In this document: piece by piece, positions 44,869 through 59,159 of the stretch
Layout of the letters: every line of letters starts with the position of its first letter
Position numbering within the stretch: position 1 is the first letter of the stretch
Assembly: GCA_973895155.1 (NCBI GenBank)
Contig: OZ316892.1
Location: 24,623,971 to 24,687,970 of the forward strand
Length of the DNA: 64,000 bases
Direction of reading: 5' to 3'
Source: Marsupella aquatica
Lineage: Eukaryota > Plantae > Marchantiophyta
Translations under genes and position numbers: made by a program
Notes under the pieces: model-generated
What the model was told of the DNA's origin: nothing
Databases searched by the model: none
Seen by the model: the letters and a program-made list of their open reading frames with translations, nothing else

Positions 44869-47162
44869 TTTGTTCACAGTCTTCATCAGTAACCTGAATT
44901 CCATACAGAAATTACGATATAGTGCAACCAAGACGACTCTATGGCCCGCGCCCCTTTCCAAGCCACAGTTTTACACTACGGCGCTCAATCAGTCTTCCTT
45001 TCCTTCGGTTCCCGACCCCATTCCGCTTCGGCTCCGAGCCTAGTAGCACTAGTCGTGCGGCAGGAGCGGTCGCAGGACGGAGGGCCGAGAGGACGGAGGG
45101 ACGAGAGGACGGAGGGACGGTCGAAGGAGTAACTGTAGGAGAAGACGAGGGCACGAGAGAGAAGACAGAGAGACGACAGAGAGAAGGCCGAACGGTTTGG
45201 AGTAGTGTTGTGTTGCACAGCATGTGGACTCGCAATTGGTGTCTCTGGTACGATTGTTGTCGCGCTCTCTTTCTCGTCTCGTCTCGTCTCTCGTGTCTTC
45301 TCTCTCCTCGAGCAGTCGGCTGTCGGCAGTCTTACGAGTCCGGTCTCCGGCCGCAGCGGCGGATGCTCGGGGTCGGTACAGCAGCGCTTTTGGCGTTGCA
45401 GGATTTGCATCGAATTCGCGCTCGAGGTCAGTCTCATCAGTCCAAGAAGACTCCCGAATGCGTACGACTGTGTGGGGTGTAGTTGTCATGAATGTTTGCG
45501 TTTCACAATTTTAAAATCCGTGAATCACGGCTGCCTGTTTGGACTGTTGTTTCCGCTCATTTGCTGGCATGATTGTGTGACTGGATTTGTGTTGGTCTCC
45601 GTTGAAAGAGAAGAGCCGATTCCATGATAATCGGCTATTATCGGAACCGGATTTCCGTCAGTTGCTGGACGAGACAGAATTCTTCAGGTCATACCAGGGA
45701 GATGCGTTCGTTCAGCGGTACGAGTATAGTGTCACAGTCGGAGACATTTGTTTAGAGAGTAGTGGCTGGAATTTTCTTTACTTGAATCGTCGTAGCCTCG
45801 GTGGTCTATCAGTATTCACGGGAACGAAAGAGAAAGGTCTTTCAAGGCAAGAAAGAGAAAGATCTTCTGTGCTTATGTGTGTCGGCTGAACTCCAGTCGC
45901 TTTTGCCGTTTTATGACCGATTTCTCGAATTGAGGAAACGTCGGTGATTCTGGATGAACCTCGGGCGTTTGATCATTGTCTATGTTGGGATTTCTGTCCA
46001 ATCCGGTTGGACTTTGTTTCATGGTATGAAGCAACGTGCGGGAAGGTAGGCAGTAGGCACAGATTTTGTCGTCATACCGTTTGCAAGTCATTGCAATTTT
46101 TGACGAGGCCCGTTTCCAGGGCCTTCATGAAGGCTCCGTTTCCGTTGGTACTCACTGTCGGCAGCGGATAGGATTTTGACTTCCAGGTTCGTGTCTTTGC
46201 TCTGCGGCTGACCTGCCACTGGTGTCGTTGCTCACGACATTGCACTGCTGCACTGTCTGCAGGGTCAGTATGAAAGAGTGTTGTCGCGACATGTCGTGCC
46301 ACTGCTGACGAGAATTTGGAGAGGCTGTAACAATCTATTTTCAACAACTGTACTACGTTCTTATTACTCTTTGAATAATCTGGTCGCCACAGCATCTTTG
46401 GAGCACGGATTTGTCTGGACACGAGTTTAGTTCGGTTTGGTGTGATTGAGGTCCATTCACTCAGATTGCCACGTCACGTCACCGGCGCCATCTGTTTCGT
46501 CCAGTGCAAAATTGCTTTCACTGGAGCCAAGGCAAAAGTGAGGCGGCCGAGCCGAGTTCATTGTGTTCCCGTTCGGAGTGAACGCCTTACTTGCAGCAAG
46601 AACGTTCTCTTAAGCACGGGATTGTTGGTCAAAGACATCGGGGATTGCAGATTTCTTCTGAACCAGTGTCTCCTATCGTGACATTCGGTGTGTCGGGGAT
46701 TGTGATAATGGTCTGGAGATGCCTTCTCTTTTCTGCCATTGAGAAAGGATTAGAAATAAGGCGGCTTACAGCGTCGTCCCACACGACAAGAAAGGCAGAT
46801 CACAGCGAATTATTGTAGAGTCCCTGCCAATTCCTGCCAGGCGAGCCGCCTTTCGCAGCTTAGTATAGTGGTGATGGCTGGTCGGTTCATTCTACGAGGG
46901 CAAGACGAATCAGATACGTTACGACTATCGTCTTTCGTTGCCATATTCCAGATTCTCGTGTGATAAGTTTTTTCAATTTCTATTCCCGGCGGGCACTAGA
47001 GAGGACTTTAATCTACTCAGTTTCTTTACGAAGTCTGCTCGAAGGATGTCTGGAAGATTCACCTCTGCAGACCTCGCTCCTGGGGATAGTCTATCTCAGA
47101 CTTGAAGACGAAAATTTCTTACGCGTTGTCATCTGAGGGATTTTTATCTCAGCAATAGGATC

Positions 47163-49212
47163 ATGCCAGGACCGTGGTCTTCATGGAGGAAGGTGATTAG
47201 TTGTAAGACGGACAGGGACCAGGTCATTCAGTCACAGCTAGCGTGCACACCTAGTCGACAGTCTCGTAAGCCATATCGAATAAGGAGCTGCTCGCGGTCA
47301 TTTGCTAACCTGAGAGACGTTATTCACGGGAACACGCGGGTAGTTCACAAACAGTCAAGTCCGCCTTCTGGGCATATCAGTGAAGATGGTGGTGGTCAGA
47401 GACAGCTACAGCTACAGCTACAACTATCTTCCTCGGATGATTTCTTTCTCGATAATAGGAGTTCGAGCTGCGGCACACCTTCGGAGGCGGGTTCAGCTTA
47501 TGGACGAAGCCTGTCACTGACCTCTACTCCGCTCTCGACGACCAGCTATAGTTACGTCCTCAGAGGCACTCCACTTCGAAAGCTTTCTAGTTGCTATGAT
47601 TGTACCTTGGCTTACGAAACTTTAGATTCGATGCAGTTGGTTTATCGAGATAACTCGATTCACGGTTCGTACTGCGGCTCACCCAGAGCGGGCTGTCTCA
47701 AATGTGGAGAATCGTTCAGCAAACCAGAAGCTCTCGAGCAACATCACATATCTCAGCATGCAGGTAACTTCTGCCTCTACCAAATGTTCCATACATAGCT
47801 TCCCCGACATACTGTCGGCGACTCAACATGTATATACACCTGGCTCAGGGAAAATTGTTCACTGGTCAATGTCAGAGTCTGAGCGAGCTCTTAATCGCGA
47901 ATGTGTTTTGGAGCTAGCTTCTCATTTCGCCTGGTCGTACCTGTTGCTCTCGCTTGAACTACTTTGTCTGAAAAATCTAGAGCGGGTCAGGGCTTTCGGA
48001 TAGCGCAAAGGAATTTGGCTTTCCCCTGCAGGACTTTCGTGTTCATTCCTGAATCGAAATGAGTATGGGAGAGCTGTCGATTCAAATTTGTCTGCAGCTT
48101 TCTGTAGCAGCCTTTTCGTTTTCATACTCATAGATACCTCTTTACTTAACTGAGTTTGGGAGGATAGTTTCCGCTACGGGCCCCCAGAATTGTGACTTGT
48201 AGTGTCGACAATTACTGCGGAGGGAGCGCCTTTCCGGTGACAATTTGTTTCGATTACCGGGAAGATTTATAATTTTGTTTCCATTCTGGTCGTTCCGCTT
48301 CTCATTCGATCTTCTGTGACGTTTTCTCTATACCAGTTGTCTAGTGGCACGGGTGAGAGGCCGATGCATCTCGTTACGTCTTTGAATGTGCATTTTTACA
48401 ATTATTGCTGTTTGACCGAGACCGATTGAAAATACAGTCGTGGCCAACTCCGTCTAGTTCCTAACTGGATAGCTTATACTCCATAAACAACGTTTTCAAC
48501 TGAACCTGTCTTTTTTCAATGTGCGTCTGGCATCAATGTGTATACCCGTGACATAGCTTGGTGTATATTCCCCACAGTGACGGAGCTGAACCGAGGAGAT
48601 TCGTCTCGCAATGTAGTGGAGATAATATTTCGTACTAGCTGGCTCAAAAGGGAGATCCCGTGTGGAAGGATTGAAAGAATACTCAAAGTTCACAACACTC
48701 AAAAAACGGTTCAAAAGTTCGAGGAGTACAGGGATACGGTGAAGACCCGAGCTGCCAAGCTTCCCAAGAAGAACCCCCGGTGTATTGCGGACGGTAACGA
48801 GCTCCTGCGATTTTACGGCACTGTTTTGATGTGCCATTTGGGGCACAACGGCTCAACAAACCTCTGCATGTTGCACAATTGTCACTGTTGCCAACTTATC
48901 AGGTCCGGGTTCAACGAAAGGAAGGAAAATATGAAAGGAGGTGGAATATACACTACAGCAACAAGCGGGAAGGCACATGATTCGGTAGTTCTCTCAGACG
49001 ATGAGAGACTGAAGGGCAAGCGCGCAATGCTCGTATGTAGAGTCATTGCCGGGAGGACTCTTAAAGCTTCCGATAGCGGCGATCTGTTAAATCCTCCTAG
49101 CGGCTTTGACTCTCTTGTTGGCGATTCTGGGCCATACACGAACATTGATGAGCTTTTGGTGTTCAGCAGTAGATGCGTTTTACCGTGTTTTGTAGTTGTT
49201 TATAAATGTTAA
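47163..49212 (+). CDS. Plant C2H2 zinc-finger protein with C-terminal PARP/ADP-ribosyltransferase-like fold (At4g27240/At5g54630-like family), ~411 aa
   Basis: Exons 47163-47763 and 48578-49212. Motifs: CSRSFANLRDVIHGNTRVV, C2H2 finger CLKCGESFSKPEALEQHHISQH joined to AVTELNRGDSSRNVVEIIF, IERILKVHN, RCIADGNELLRF, AMLVCRVIAGR and LPCFVVVY. The GC-rich region from ~45000 is probably the 5' UTR and intron. Confidence 0.92.
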
Positions 49213-50791
49213 TAGTGAAGCAGCCAGGTACAGTAGGAGCCTCCTCTTACTTACGTTACTACTTTTCCGCCACACTCCAATTTTCGGCAGGTTGGGGAAA
49301 ACCAATCTTGGCACACGGACGGGCGATGATAAAATTTAGATCATGATTGTCGCACAGTAATTTGTACTTGTGAAAAGAAAAGGACTTCATAATTTTAGAG
49401 CCGAGTATATTACTTGTCCTCCTTACGGCTAAGCGACCGTCTCGCTTCAATCATCGATTGTCATGGCGGCAAGACGAATTTGTAAAGCAGTTATCCTCAG
49501 TTTCTCTTTCGTCTATGCGTGCAAGTTCGTCCTCTTCTGTGTTTATTTCTCATGTCTCCTCTTGCTCGATTTCTCTTGCGTTACCGAATGATAAACAGGG
49601 AATCCATGGTAGGTTACTATCCAATACATAAATAGTGTATCCTGCTATGCTCTCTTCGCATTTCGCAAGTATGCAGGCCTCATGTATTAAAACAATATCA
49701 TTGACCCTTGCCTTGACCTTCGCTTGCTCCTGCCAATTTGCCACAATTCCGACTACGAAGCGGGTCGGGGGTCGCGACCGCCAAGCTCTCAGGTACTTAC
49801 GTACCGAGCCGCCCGGCCGCATTTCGTCCTCATAGAATGGACGCTATTCCTGCAGCAGCTTCGTACCGGCGCCTCTTTCATGATGTACCGGCGCGCTTCT
49901 TCCATGTTCTCGACGCGGTTCTCTTTCACGGAGCTGCCTTCGAAATTTCTAAACGTGGTTAGTATTTTGTCACTCTTCCCGGTAAGCGCGTCTGCTTTAA
50001 AATATTGTACAGTGGTCGCAATGTTGTTCAACTTAGTCCAAGAATCTCCCCGCAATCATTATTATCTCTATTCCACCCTGACCCTGTCTTTAGGCATTTG
50101 TGAACGTGTGAAGGACCTTCCTCGCCCAGCCACGTACTTCGCCCATGTGCGGCCTACTAGAACACCTACCTGCTCTACTCCTAAATGTGGAGTGTTCAAC
50201 AACAGCAGTCAGCCAGAACTCGGCCGACAAATCTAGCGTGTTACCTGGAGATTGACTTGTAATTTGATTGGGCGGGCAGAGATTTGGAGGACTACTACTT
50301 TCAACGCCAAGCTATGCATAAGATTCCTACATTCTGTTATCGAAGATATCAACTTACTTGCGCCCATTTGTTGGCTTTCCCACACTGTAGTGTCTGTTCC
50401 GAACTTACTGTTGCAATTTCGGGAGACTGCCAACAGACTCTGTGCCACTCCGCTGCACTGTTTTGTAGGGACGACCGACGACCGGACTAGGAAACAATGG
50501 CCGATGCATGGGCTGCCTTTTTGTGGTTGAACAGGTGGTTAATTAGAGTATCTACACTAGTATGTCCTGGCTGTAGTGGGTGGGACAGTGTTGTTTCGGT
50601 GAACGAATTTAATGAAATCTTTCAAGGCAAAAGGAATGGGTTGATGGCCTCACGAGTCTAAATCTTCTCTAATTCATTTGAAACGACTTCGACAAATCTC
50701 TCGGGTTAAACGACAGTAAATCTATTCGCATTGTGGAACCCAATGGTATTGTTCAGCGTCTGGTACTGACCACACAAGTTTGCGTACTGAG

Positions 50792-50950
50792 TGAGCTCAT
50801 TCGGTCGAGATCGCACATCACAAGCCCGCAAAATCGTGCTCTGCCCGGAAGAGAGCACTGCTGCTGACACAGACGTTTGCGCACTGAGCTCATTCGGTCG
50901 AGATCGCACATTATAGGCCCGCAAAATCGTGCTCTGCCCGGACGAGAGCA
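50792..50950. repeat. ~93-bp-period duplication
   Basis: TGAGCTCATTCGGTCGAGATCGCACAT...GCCCGCAAAATCGTGCTCTGCCCGGA.GAGAGCA occurs twice. Confidence 0.9.
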
Positions 50951-53900
50951 TTTTAAAGCTGTGATTGACACATTCGTTCACAGCGTAAGAAGGCATGAAT
51001 GATTGAATGCACCATGCTCCACGATCGCTCCAACGCTACTCCAGCCCCTCAATACCACACTGAGTTTGTTGAACTGACTTAGTCAGGTGACTCGGATTCT
51101 CCCGCCCCCATGTCTTCTAGACGTTTTGAGCCTCCCAACATTACACTGTCATTCCTCATGATTATGTTATTTTCTCCTGGGAGTCTGGGTCTGGGACCCT
51201 GTTCTGCTTCCTTTACACGTCAACGCACTCTGCCGGCCACAGCAATTCGCTGGCAGTGCGGCACTGTTCGGAAGCGTGGAGGAACAGTGGGCCAATCTGC
51301 TCTCTGGCAATTTTCTCATTCGAAGCCTTCATGTACGCTCCTCTGTTTCACTGCTCAGGAAGGCTTTTCCCTTCGAGACAAAAAATATATGTGTGGCGCC
51401 CTCGCAATCTCGCATGGTCCGAGACGACGTGACTCGTGTTACCTTGACATGCCCCGAGTTGATTGATTCGTTTCAGCTGCACAGCCGCACTTTAATGTCG
51501 CATCATATTCAACGTGTGAGATCTGCGCTAATAAGGCTAGACTACTTAGTACTTGATACCGTGGGGTACGGACTGAAAAACCCCATTGTACGTGAGAAAG
51601 AGTATAATCAATTGCATGCCTGCCAATTAGTAGGTCATGGCAAGAGGCCAAGTCGTCCGCCAAGACCAGTAGGAGCATCACTTTGTGTGCGAGATACCGG
51701 TAAATTGCTGTAGTATAACTCGGTCGGTTGTATCTGAAGCTGTGCCACCATGCAGGGCCCTCCTTTCTTTTTGCCAGATCTCTGGATCCATGACGGCCGA
51801 TTAGTAATGGTGTACACTTGAACATAAATATGACGAACGCCAGTTCCAAGACCAGCAAATTGGGTTCATTATTAGCATATTTCCCTGCGCGCGTGTGGAG
51901 ATGCACTTTCTATGAGTATGACTGTACTCTGTACCACCTTGTCCAGATCAATCTCTATGGTACGACTACCTTCTCAGCCCTACGATAATCTTGAAGGCCC
52001 TGTTCTGACTTCTGAGTGCTGACCTATCTCTGACAAGGTACCAGTGCGTTGCTGGTTTTAGATATGCCTCGATAACTTACTGTGGAGCAATTTGGCATTG
52101 GCGTCGGCACAGCTGATGTTTGCGTGGGAGTATTTGAAAGGTTGTTGGTGATGTTGTTTGTCGTTGGTCTCGCAATTTGGCGAGGCGAGTGAGCTACATC
52201 AGTGGGCCGGCATTTCTGGTGAAACGTTATGGCGCCTGAAAGAGGTCTCTGTTTCTCCTTGAGCGAAGCCAAGCAAGCATACCGTCAGCCAGTCCCAAAT
52301 CCTTATTTGCGCATCCAGGTACAAAATAATCGAGGTACAACTTTAACCTCAAGGTTTCATCAGCTGCTATTCGTCGATTCCTCCGCGTGTTCAGTGGCTG
52401 CCATGCCTGCAGACTGATATGGACCAAACCTTAGGAGTGAGGGTTGTTTCTATTGTTATACAATCAACAATCGCTATAGCTTCCTTTTCTTGAACATTCA
52501 ACTTCGTGATGACAAAGAACTGACAATTGCTTTCGAGGAAAAAGTAAAAGAACTAAGGACTCAGGAGGCACTAGGCAGCCTTTCGAAGAGTCTACTGTAC
52601 TGTATAGTGACCACTTGTCGGTGGATTCGGACAAACAACCAACCCAACTCGAATGTTTGGGTCGTAAAGGCTGTGACCCTAAACCATGGTAGACTGTTAG
52701 ACAAATTACTGTTGTACTGTAATTTTAGAATTATAATCAAGTAATCGATTACGATATTACCAGCAAGTTTAATGGAGGCTTGGCCACAGAACTCCCAGTA
52801 TTATTATTAAAGTATGCAAACCAGTTATAGTAATTTCTTGCTCTGGACAGTTGTCGAGCTCGGGTTCGATGCCAGCAGTCTTCTTCTCTCTGCAGTCAAC
52901 TCAAGCACAATGTGTCATTGCTGTACATCGCTTGTGTACAGTCAATGAATTCATTGATACAGTACATCAGAATGATGTAACTGAGCTGAGCTATCAGAGA
53001 GAGGTGATCCACCTCTCGAAAGATCCACTCATCATTGCCATCACCTTGTAATTCAATCCTAGACGACTAATTATAGAAACGAAACTTCGGAGACTAAGGA
53101 GAGAGTCAGTTTGTAGACTTGTTCCGGATTCGAGTATTTGGAACCCGATTGGAATCACTAAATCTAAAAGGGGCCACACAGGAGTGGCACATTTGCTTCG
53201 ACCTAGATGAACTGAGGGAGAAGCGCGGAAGAAGGAAACGTTTCAAGGCGAGATACTCACGATATGCAATCCGTGGAAACTCCAATGTTTCCCAAGAAAC
53301 TTTAGTTTAAGTACCATGACATGACACTATGGAACTCTGAGATCAACGTCAAGTTAGTGAAGGCCAATAAGGGTTCACATGATTTCAAAAGAATCTCGTC
53401 ATTAATTCATTTAAAGCACACTGGTGCTCTAATGATTACTGTACGCAAGAATTTTAAAGTAAATCATTTCAAAGCATTGTGCAATGTGCAATCAGGTAAA
53501 GCATCATTTCTAGGTTAGACGGCCATGAGTCATTCTGCAGAATAGTCCATCATTCTATGGTTGGTAGTCTCTTCATAAATGCTTTGAAGGCTATTGAATT
53601 CAGTGAACATTTCTCTCTCAGAGAACAACTGTAGCTCTTTATGTGTGACTTTCGGAGGTTGGCTCCGCTGAAGACCTGTACTTCAGAAGCACAGGACCAG
53701 CAAGACATCCCTTGAGTAAGCCTGAGCCGGAGAATTGGAACTTCCGTTCTCACCGAGCATTTCAGTGTTCAGACTTGCTGCATGGATACAACGCACCTGT
53801 GAATTTAGAACGAAGATATTCGCTTCCCTTCTAAACACACAAATAATCAAGATTGACTAGCTGTCAGACCACAAAAAACGCCTCCTATTTAAAGTTTTGG

Positions 53901-56517
53901 AGGTCATTATGATCAGTGAATTCAAGTGCTAGCATCTGATGAATGAGAAAATTCTACTTATGGATCGTGTGGACGAAACTATGGCAGTGTCGTACAGCCT
54001 TAGACGATCGGCGATCCGTTGACCGAGTAGAGAGGTTGAAATATTGTCAGAGTAAGTTGTCGCCAAATTGTCGTCCCAGATTGATTTCAGGCTAACAGGG
54101 CCTTCTTCTCCACAGATTGGAAAAAAATATTTGAATTTCAGCGCGACCGATTCGGACAAGTCAAACAAGCTGTATAATTGAAATTCGGCACCATTCATTT
54201 TTCGAAGTGAGCATATCTTTTTTCCAAATTGACACTTCAGAGCCCACGTCTGAGTTCGGTAGCCTTCCACACACCATGTTTGGAATGGCTTTCATAAACT
54301 CTGGATCAGACGGAGGTGTTCTCATTTTACATGCAGCATCAGAGTTCCAGTCGCGCAGTCCTGTGTATTCTTACCCGACGACTGTATCATTCTGCGGGAC
54401 AGCCTTTCCAAACTTACGATTCACTTTGAGCCACGCGGGCATGCGCAGTGCCATCCATAGTAATCGGACAGGAAGCTATGGATAATGGATTGCTCTGACT
54501 TGGCCGTCCACCAAATTGATGTCCGACAACGGGATGTCTTTCGAAGGACTTGTCGGGTACGATCATTGATCGATGATTCCCTGCAGAAGCCTACTCCTTT
54601 CAAGTGCCGCATGCAAGAAAGTCTTTTGTGGCTGGTCTCGACGACAATTTATGCGCACTACTATGGATAATAAAACGTCACCATTACTACAAACTGTCGA
54701 GACCTTAACAAGTTATCGGTGAACTGTTTGGAGACTTGTCTTGCCGTCCGGGCTTCCATTTTGATCCCGGCTTTCGCATGTCGACCTCCGGTTCGTCCGG
54801 GTCTTCCCTCGGGTCCTCCCCTCTTCTGGGCGGCCGTGGCTGTGTGCTCTCAAGCACTGAATGGGATTCAGTGTTTCTTTCAAAGCAGAAAAAAAATGTT
54901 CGATACGTTAAGCAATTAGGAACGACGTCCTCGGTAGAATTTCGCTTTGAAATGCCACTGCTACTACATCTGCATGGCTATTTCGGACATCGCCACGGGG
55001 AACGGTAATAACAGGGAGAAATAGAGAAATCTATCAGGCGATTGGCACACGCAGTGATTCAGGTGATCAGGAGGTATTGTAGTTTTGGTTCTTCCTTCAA
55101 TCAGTGAGGAGGACGTGAGAGACAGGCTTCGAAAACTACGTTCCTTGTTCGAGAGAGAGAGAGAGCTACAAGACTGTATAGCGATAAGAAGTCAAAGCCA
55201 TGGCTGCTGACGGAGAGTTTGAACTGTTGGAAGAATCAGAGTTTTCCGAGTCTTCTAGGATCCATGAACAGAGAGCTTTATCTCACTCCTCGTCCGCCGG
55301 TCTTCCTCTAAGCGTGTAAGTAGGAGTGTTTCAGTAATTATCAAGTGCTGTACAGACGATGGGAGACTGAACTGAAGAATAGCCGATAACTAAGGTATCA
55401 ACAGCCCTCCACCCGCATTAATTCAGAAACTCCGAGCGCACGTACATTTATGGATCCTTTAAAACGAATGCCCCGTCAGAAAGAACCAGGACTTCCAGTT
55501 AAAGTCCTCGCGGCTCGCGCAAAATGAGCACACCAACACATCACAAGTGTCTCTGTAACCACAAAGAGTTCTCCAGCTATCGCTGCCAAATGCAACAGTG
55601 ATTAGAATGAAGAGCGAAATCGACGAATAATTTATCCAATAAGGCTGGAACGTGCAGCGTCGGCGACTTTCATGGGAAGTTCCATTATTTTCATGATTAG
55701 GCAGCCGTCTGCTACTCTGCTCTCTCCGTTAATTCCGATTGTGTGTCGCAGAAGACGCAGAACATCAAGTTAATTTCCACTACGGCACTACGAGCCAATT
55801 TCGAACAAGGACGAATCCGGCAAGAAAGGACGACTTGCAGTTTCTCTCAAACCGTGTCGGGCGGGCAACCTTTGGGTTGGCCTTGTGACTTATGACTTGT
55901 GAGTTTATATTAGAGAATCACAACCATGCTATCACCTGCCTCATTTAAGTACAGCCGTCCGCAGAACATCATTCCAATAATGTAACGTTTCCAAGAATGC
56001 GACACATCCATGTCTAATTCGAGTTCCGTTTGTACAGCAGAGCGATCGCTGTAAATCCAATACAAATCGTCCACACTGTTCTGAAAAGAGGACGATCCCA
56101 ATCAGATCCGGTTTCGCGTTGCATGTAGCGCGACCAATGCAGATCCATCCAGACATAACCTTTTGGAAGAGGAGTAATACAAATTCAATTAAAGGAGCAA
56201 AACCAAAACAGATCCAGTACAGATCTATTTCAAGAGGAAGTTATTATTGAAACTGCTTGAACTTTTTGAAAGGAAGTAACTGAAACGGCGAAACCAATCC
56301 ATTATTGTTATGTCATGCCACATTCTAAGGGCCAACTCGCATGTAGTCAGTCCTTCAGAGCCAACTCGAATGCAGTCGGTCCTTCAGATTCAGAATGGGG
56401 CCTTAATGTGCAACATGTCATCCTCAGAATTCAAGATGCTGCCATGCCATAAGCGCCCCTCCTCCGGCACAACGAAACCAAAAGACATCCCTCACTGTCA
56501 TAGATTCATTCCAGACA

Positions 56518-56754
56518 ACTCTTTGAAGCACTGATGACACCCGAACAGGTTGCTGTACGATTATCCAAAGTTTTCAAGGGAGTTGGTCCAGACTACAATT
56601 ATGATATATTCATACCGCATTTTGGAAGGAGAAGCACTCTTTGAAGCACTGATGACACCCGAACAGGTTGCTGTACGATTATCCAAAGTTTTCAAGGGAG
56701 TTGGTCCAGACTACAATTATGATATATTCATACCGCATTTTGGAAGGAGAAGCA
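56518..56754. repeat. Perfect 118-bp tandem duplication
   Basis: ACTCTTTGAAGCACTGATGACACCCGAACAGG...GGAAGGAGAAGC occurs twice. Confidence 0.95.
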
Positions 56755-57855
56755 ACAGAACAGAACAGATCAGAACAGAACAGAGCATAAACAGAGCAGA
56801 ACATACAGCGTCGCCTCTGTTAATTGCAATTGGTCGGTAAACATCTCGACGGGCCGCCTCTTCTTTGCAGCTAATTATGATACACCAGGACATCCGTTAC
56901 GGCGCAGGGCACCATCTCCCAGGATTACTGGTCGTCACGTCATCTCCTCCTCAGAGTTCCCATCCCGCAAGACGAATTCAAATCGAGTATCGTTCCAGTT
57001 TCAGACGTAAAACATCCTCCTCGCTACATCAGATCACGTTCTTCCACAATTCAAATCGCAGATCTCGTGCCGGAGCCATGACTGTTGAAAGCGTATCAAA
57101 TTCAGCCCGAATTCAAACCGCAGAACTTGAGTGTTGTGTGGAGGAGCCTCGACTGTTGAGCCAATGTATCGATGATGTCAAGAATTAAAAAATGCTCCTC
57201 CTCCGCACACTTCTGTAATAACCTGACCTAAGATTGCACTTCACGTGCGCAACCTCGAACTCTGAAATCGGCCGACTGCACGATGCACCTCGAGCGCGAG
57301 TTCTTTCAGTACTGTAATAAATAAGTGATGCCCTTAAGCATGTTTTTGGGGTTGCCATAATTGTATATCAAATCAAATATTACATGTATTGTAAGATACC
57401 ATTTGATAATAAGATAAATGTCATTTTTTTTAAATAATGAGTGCGCATGTTATACTAGCACATTCTGATGTGTAATTACCGGGAGTGATATTTTAGTACT
57501 CTAATACAAATTAGTTCGTGGACCCCAATGTGTTGGACCCCAATGTGTTTTGTGTTTGTAATTTTAAAAGAAGCTTCTACTACATATCTAGCACTCCTGC
57601 TTGGACCATCAAATAATGAACGAGAAATTTCAGGCTGGGGCTGGCCATTAAGATTTCCATTGCGGAGCTCTCTAAGCAGTCACGCCACAATTCTAGTCCC
57701 TCCTCATTTTTGTGGACGAACAAAGTTATTTTTTGCCACTAAGTACAAAATTCAAGATGCTCATTTAGTCAATTCTTACCAATTTATTACAATTCATTTC
57801 ATGTTCCAATTTAACTGTCTGTCGATCGGATCTCAAAATGCAATATTCAACTTAC

Positions 57856-58080
57856 AGTGCCACTTTGCCTTCTAGTGTGCCACAACTGACAGAGAAAAAT
57901 CCCTGCCTTTTGTGCCCAGCTTTCACAACGGACTTCCAGGCTTCAATTTGTTCTTCATTCCACATGTCGGGGTGCTTGGAACTCTCATGAATTTGATCTT
58001 GACTGGCTTGTTGATCTTGCACAGTGTCGGTTAATTGATCTTTCTTCTGTGAGTTAAGAGTGCCACACGGTGTGAGGGTT
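57856..58080 (-). pseudogene. Frameshifted remnant of a 12-oxophytodienoate reductase / Old Yellow Enzyme gene (one exon plus traces of the preceding exon)
   Basis: With two frameshifts, 57982-57856 reads VPSTP/DMWNEEQIEAWKSVVKAGHK/GIFLCQLWHTRRQSGT, followed by the donor GTAAGT. OPR consensus is [38 protein letters not shown]. Upstream PH...SQ...TDTVQ resembles PH..YYSQR...SDTAQG. Confidence 0.75.
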
Positions 58081-58584
58081 CATGCAGTTGATGGTTGTCT
58101 CAATCATCTACTACCAACATACTTTTTTTTATCATCCTTGTCTGTTTCTTCTCATGGTGAATTTTAATCTCATGATCCCCAATTTTTATCTCAACATCCT
58201 CATCATTGGCGGCCGTTTGTTGCTTAGTAATGCCCTCGCCATCATTGCGCTTTTGGTAAGCATTTCTCTCGCTATCCTCTATTCAATTGAACCAAAAAAT
58301 TTAGAATGAGGATGGGCCTACTAAATGCACAGGCGATTACTCAGTGTAAATAAAATGGTTATTTGAAATAAATTTACATCAAGTTTTACGGCATGGCGTC
58401 CTAAATGTTGCCAAAAACTTGCAACAAACACGAAAGGTGGAGTGATTTTATTTTGGAAACCAATCCCTTCCTGTTTGCAGTGCGCCATGATGACATGGTG
58501 CGCTGTGGAGTCTCAAATTTTGGAAGGGACCTCTAATGGGGTCTGTAACAAGTGTTGCCCTATAACTTATTCCATTTAAATGTT

Positions 58585-58965
58585 CTCATGATACCCAATT
58601 CAACACTTTTGATGTGTGATTAACGGCAAGGATGTTTTAGTACTCTAACAAACAAGTGATGCCCTCAAACTTATTTGATCCAAGTATAGTCATGATACCC
58701 AGTTCAACACTTTGATGTGCAATTACTGGCAGGGATGTTTTAGTACTCTAACAAGCAAGTGATGCCCTCAAACATATTTGATCTAAGCATACTCATGATA
58801 CCCAATTCAACACTTTGATGTGCGATTACTGGCACGGATAGTTTACTACTCTAATAAACAAGTGATGCCCTAAAACATATATATGATCTAAATTTTACTC
58901 ATGATACCCAATTCAGATTAGATTGAAAAATATCTGATCGGCTGTAGATGTACTCATGATACCCC
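58585..58965. repeat. ~105-bp tandem repeat (3 full plus partial copies); related sequence at 57308-57510
   Basis: TCATGATACCCA.TTCAACACTTTGATGTG...TTTTAGTACTCTAA...AAGTGATGCCCT recurs. Confidence 0.88.
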
Positions 58966-59159
58966 ACTTCAGACTTAGAAAATACCTCACAAATTAGTGG
59001 AAATCAATTTACTATACATATATATATATATATTTATATATTTATATCACAGCAAAAAGGACCTCGCAAAGTAGTGGAAAGGGCCCATTTAGTATATTAC
59101 AATTACAAGTATATAATGCAACAGAAAGAGCCCAACAAAGTATAATGGAAGATAGAAAG

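Noticed and set aside
44922-45627. Stack of 100-186 aa ORFs in several frames
   Set aside because: GC/GA-rich low-complexity leader of the zinc-finger gene; stop-poor by composition.
58585-58965. CRISPR-like array
   Set aside because: Whole units repeat without unique spacers, there are no cas genes, and the context is eukaryotic.
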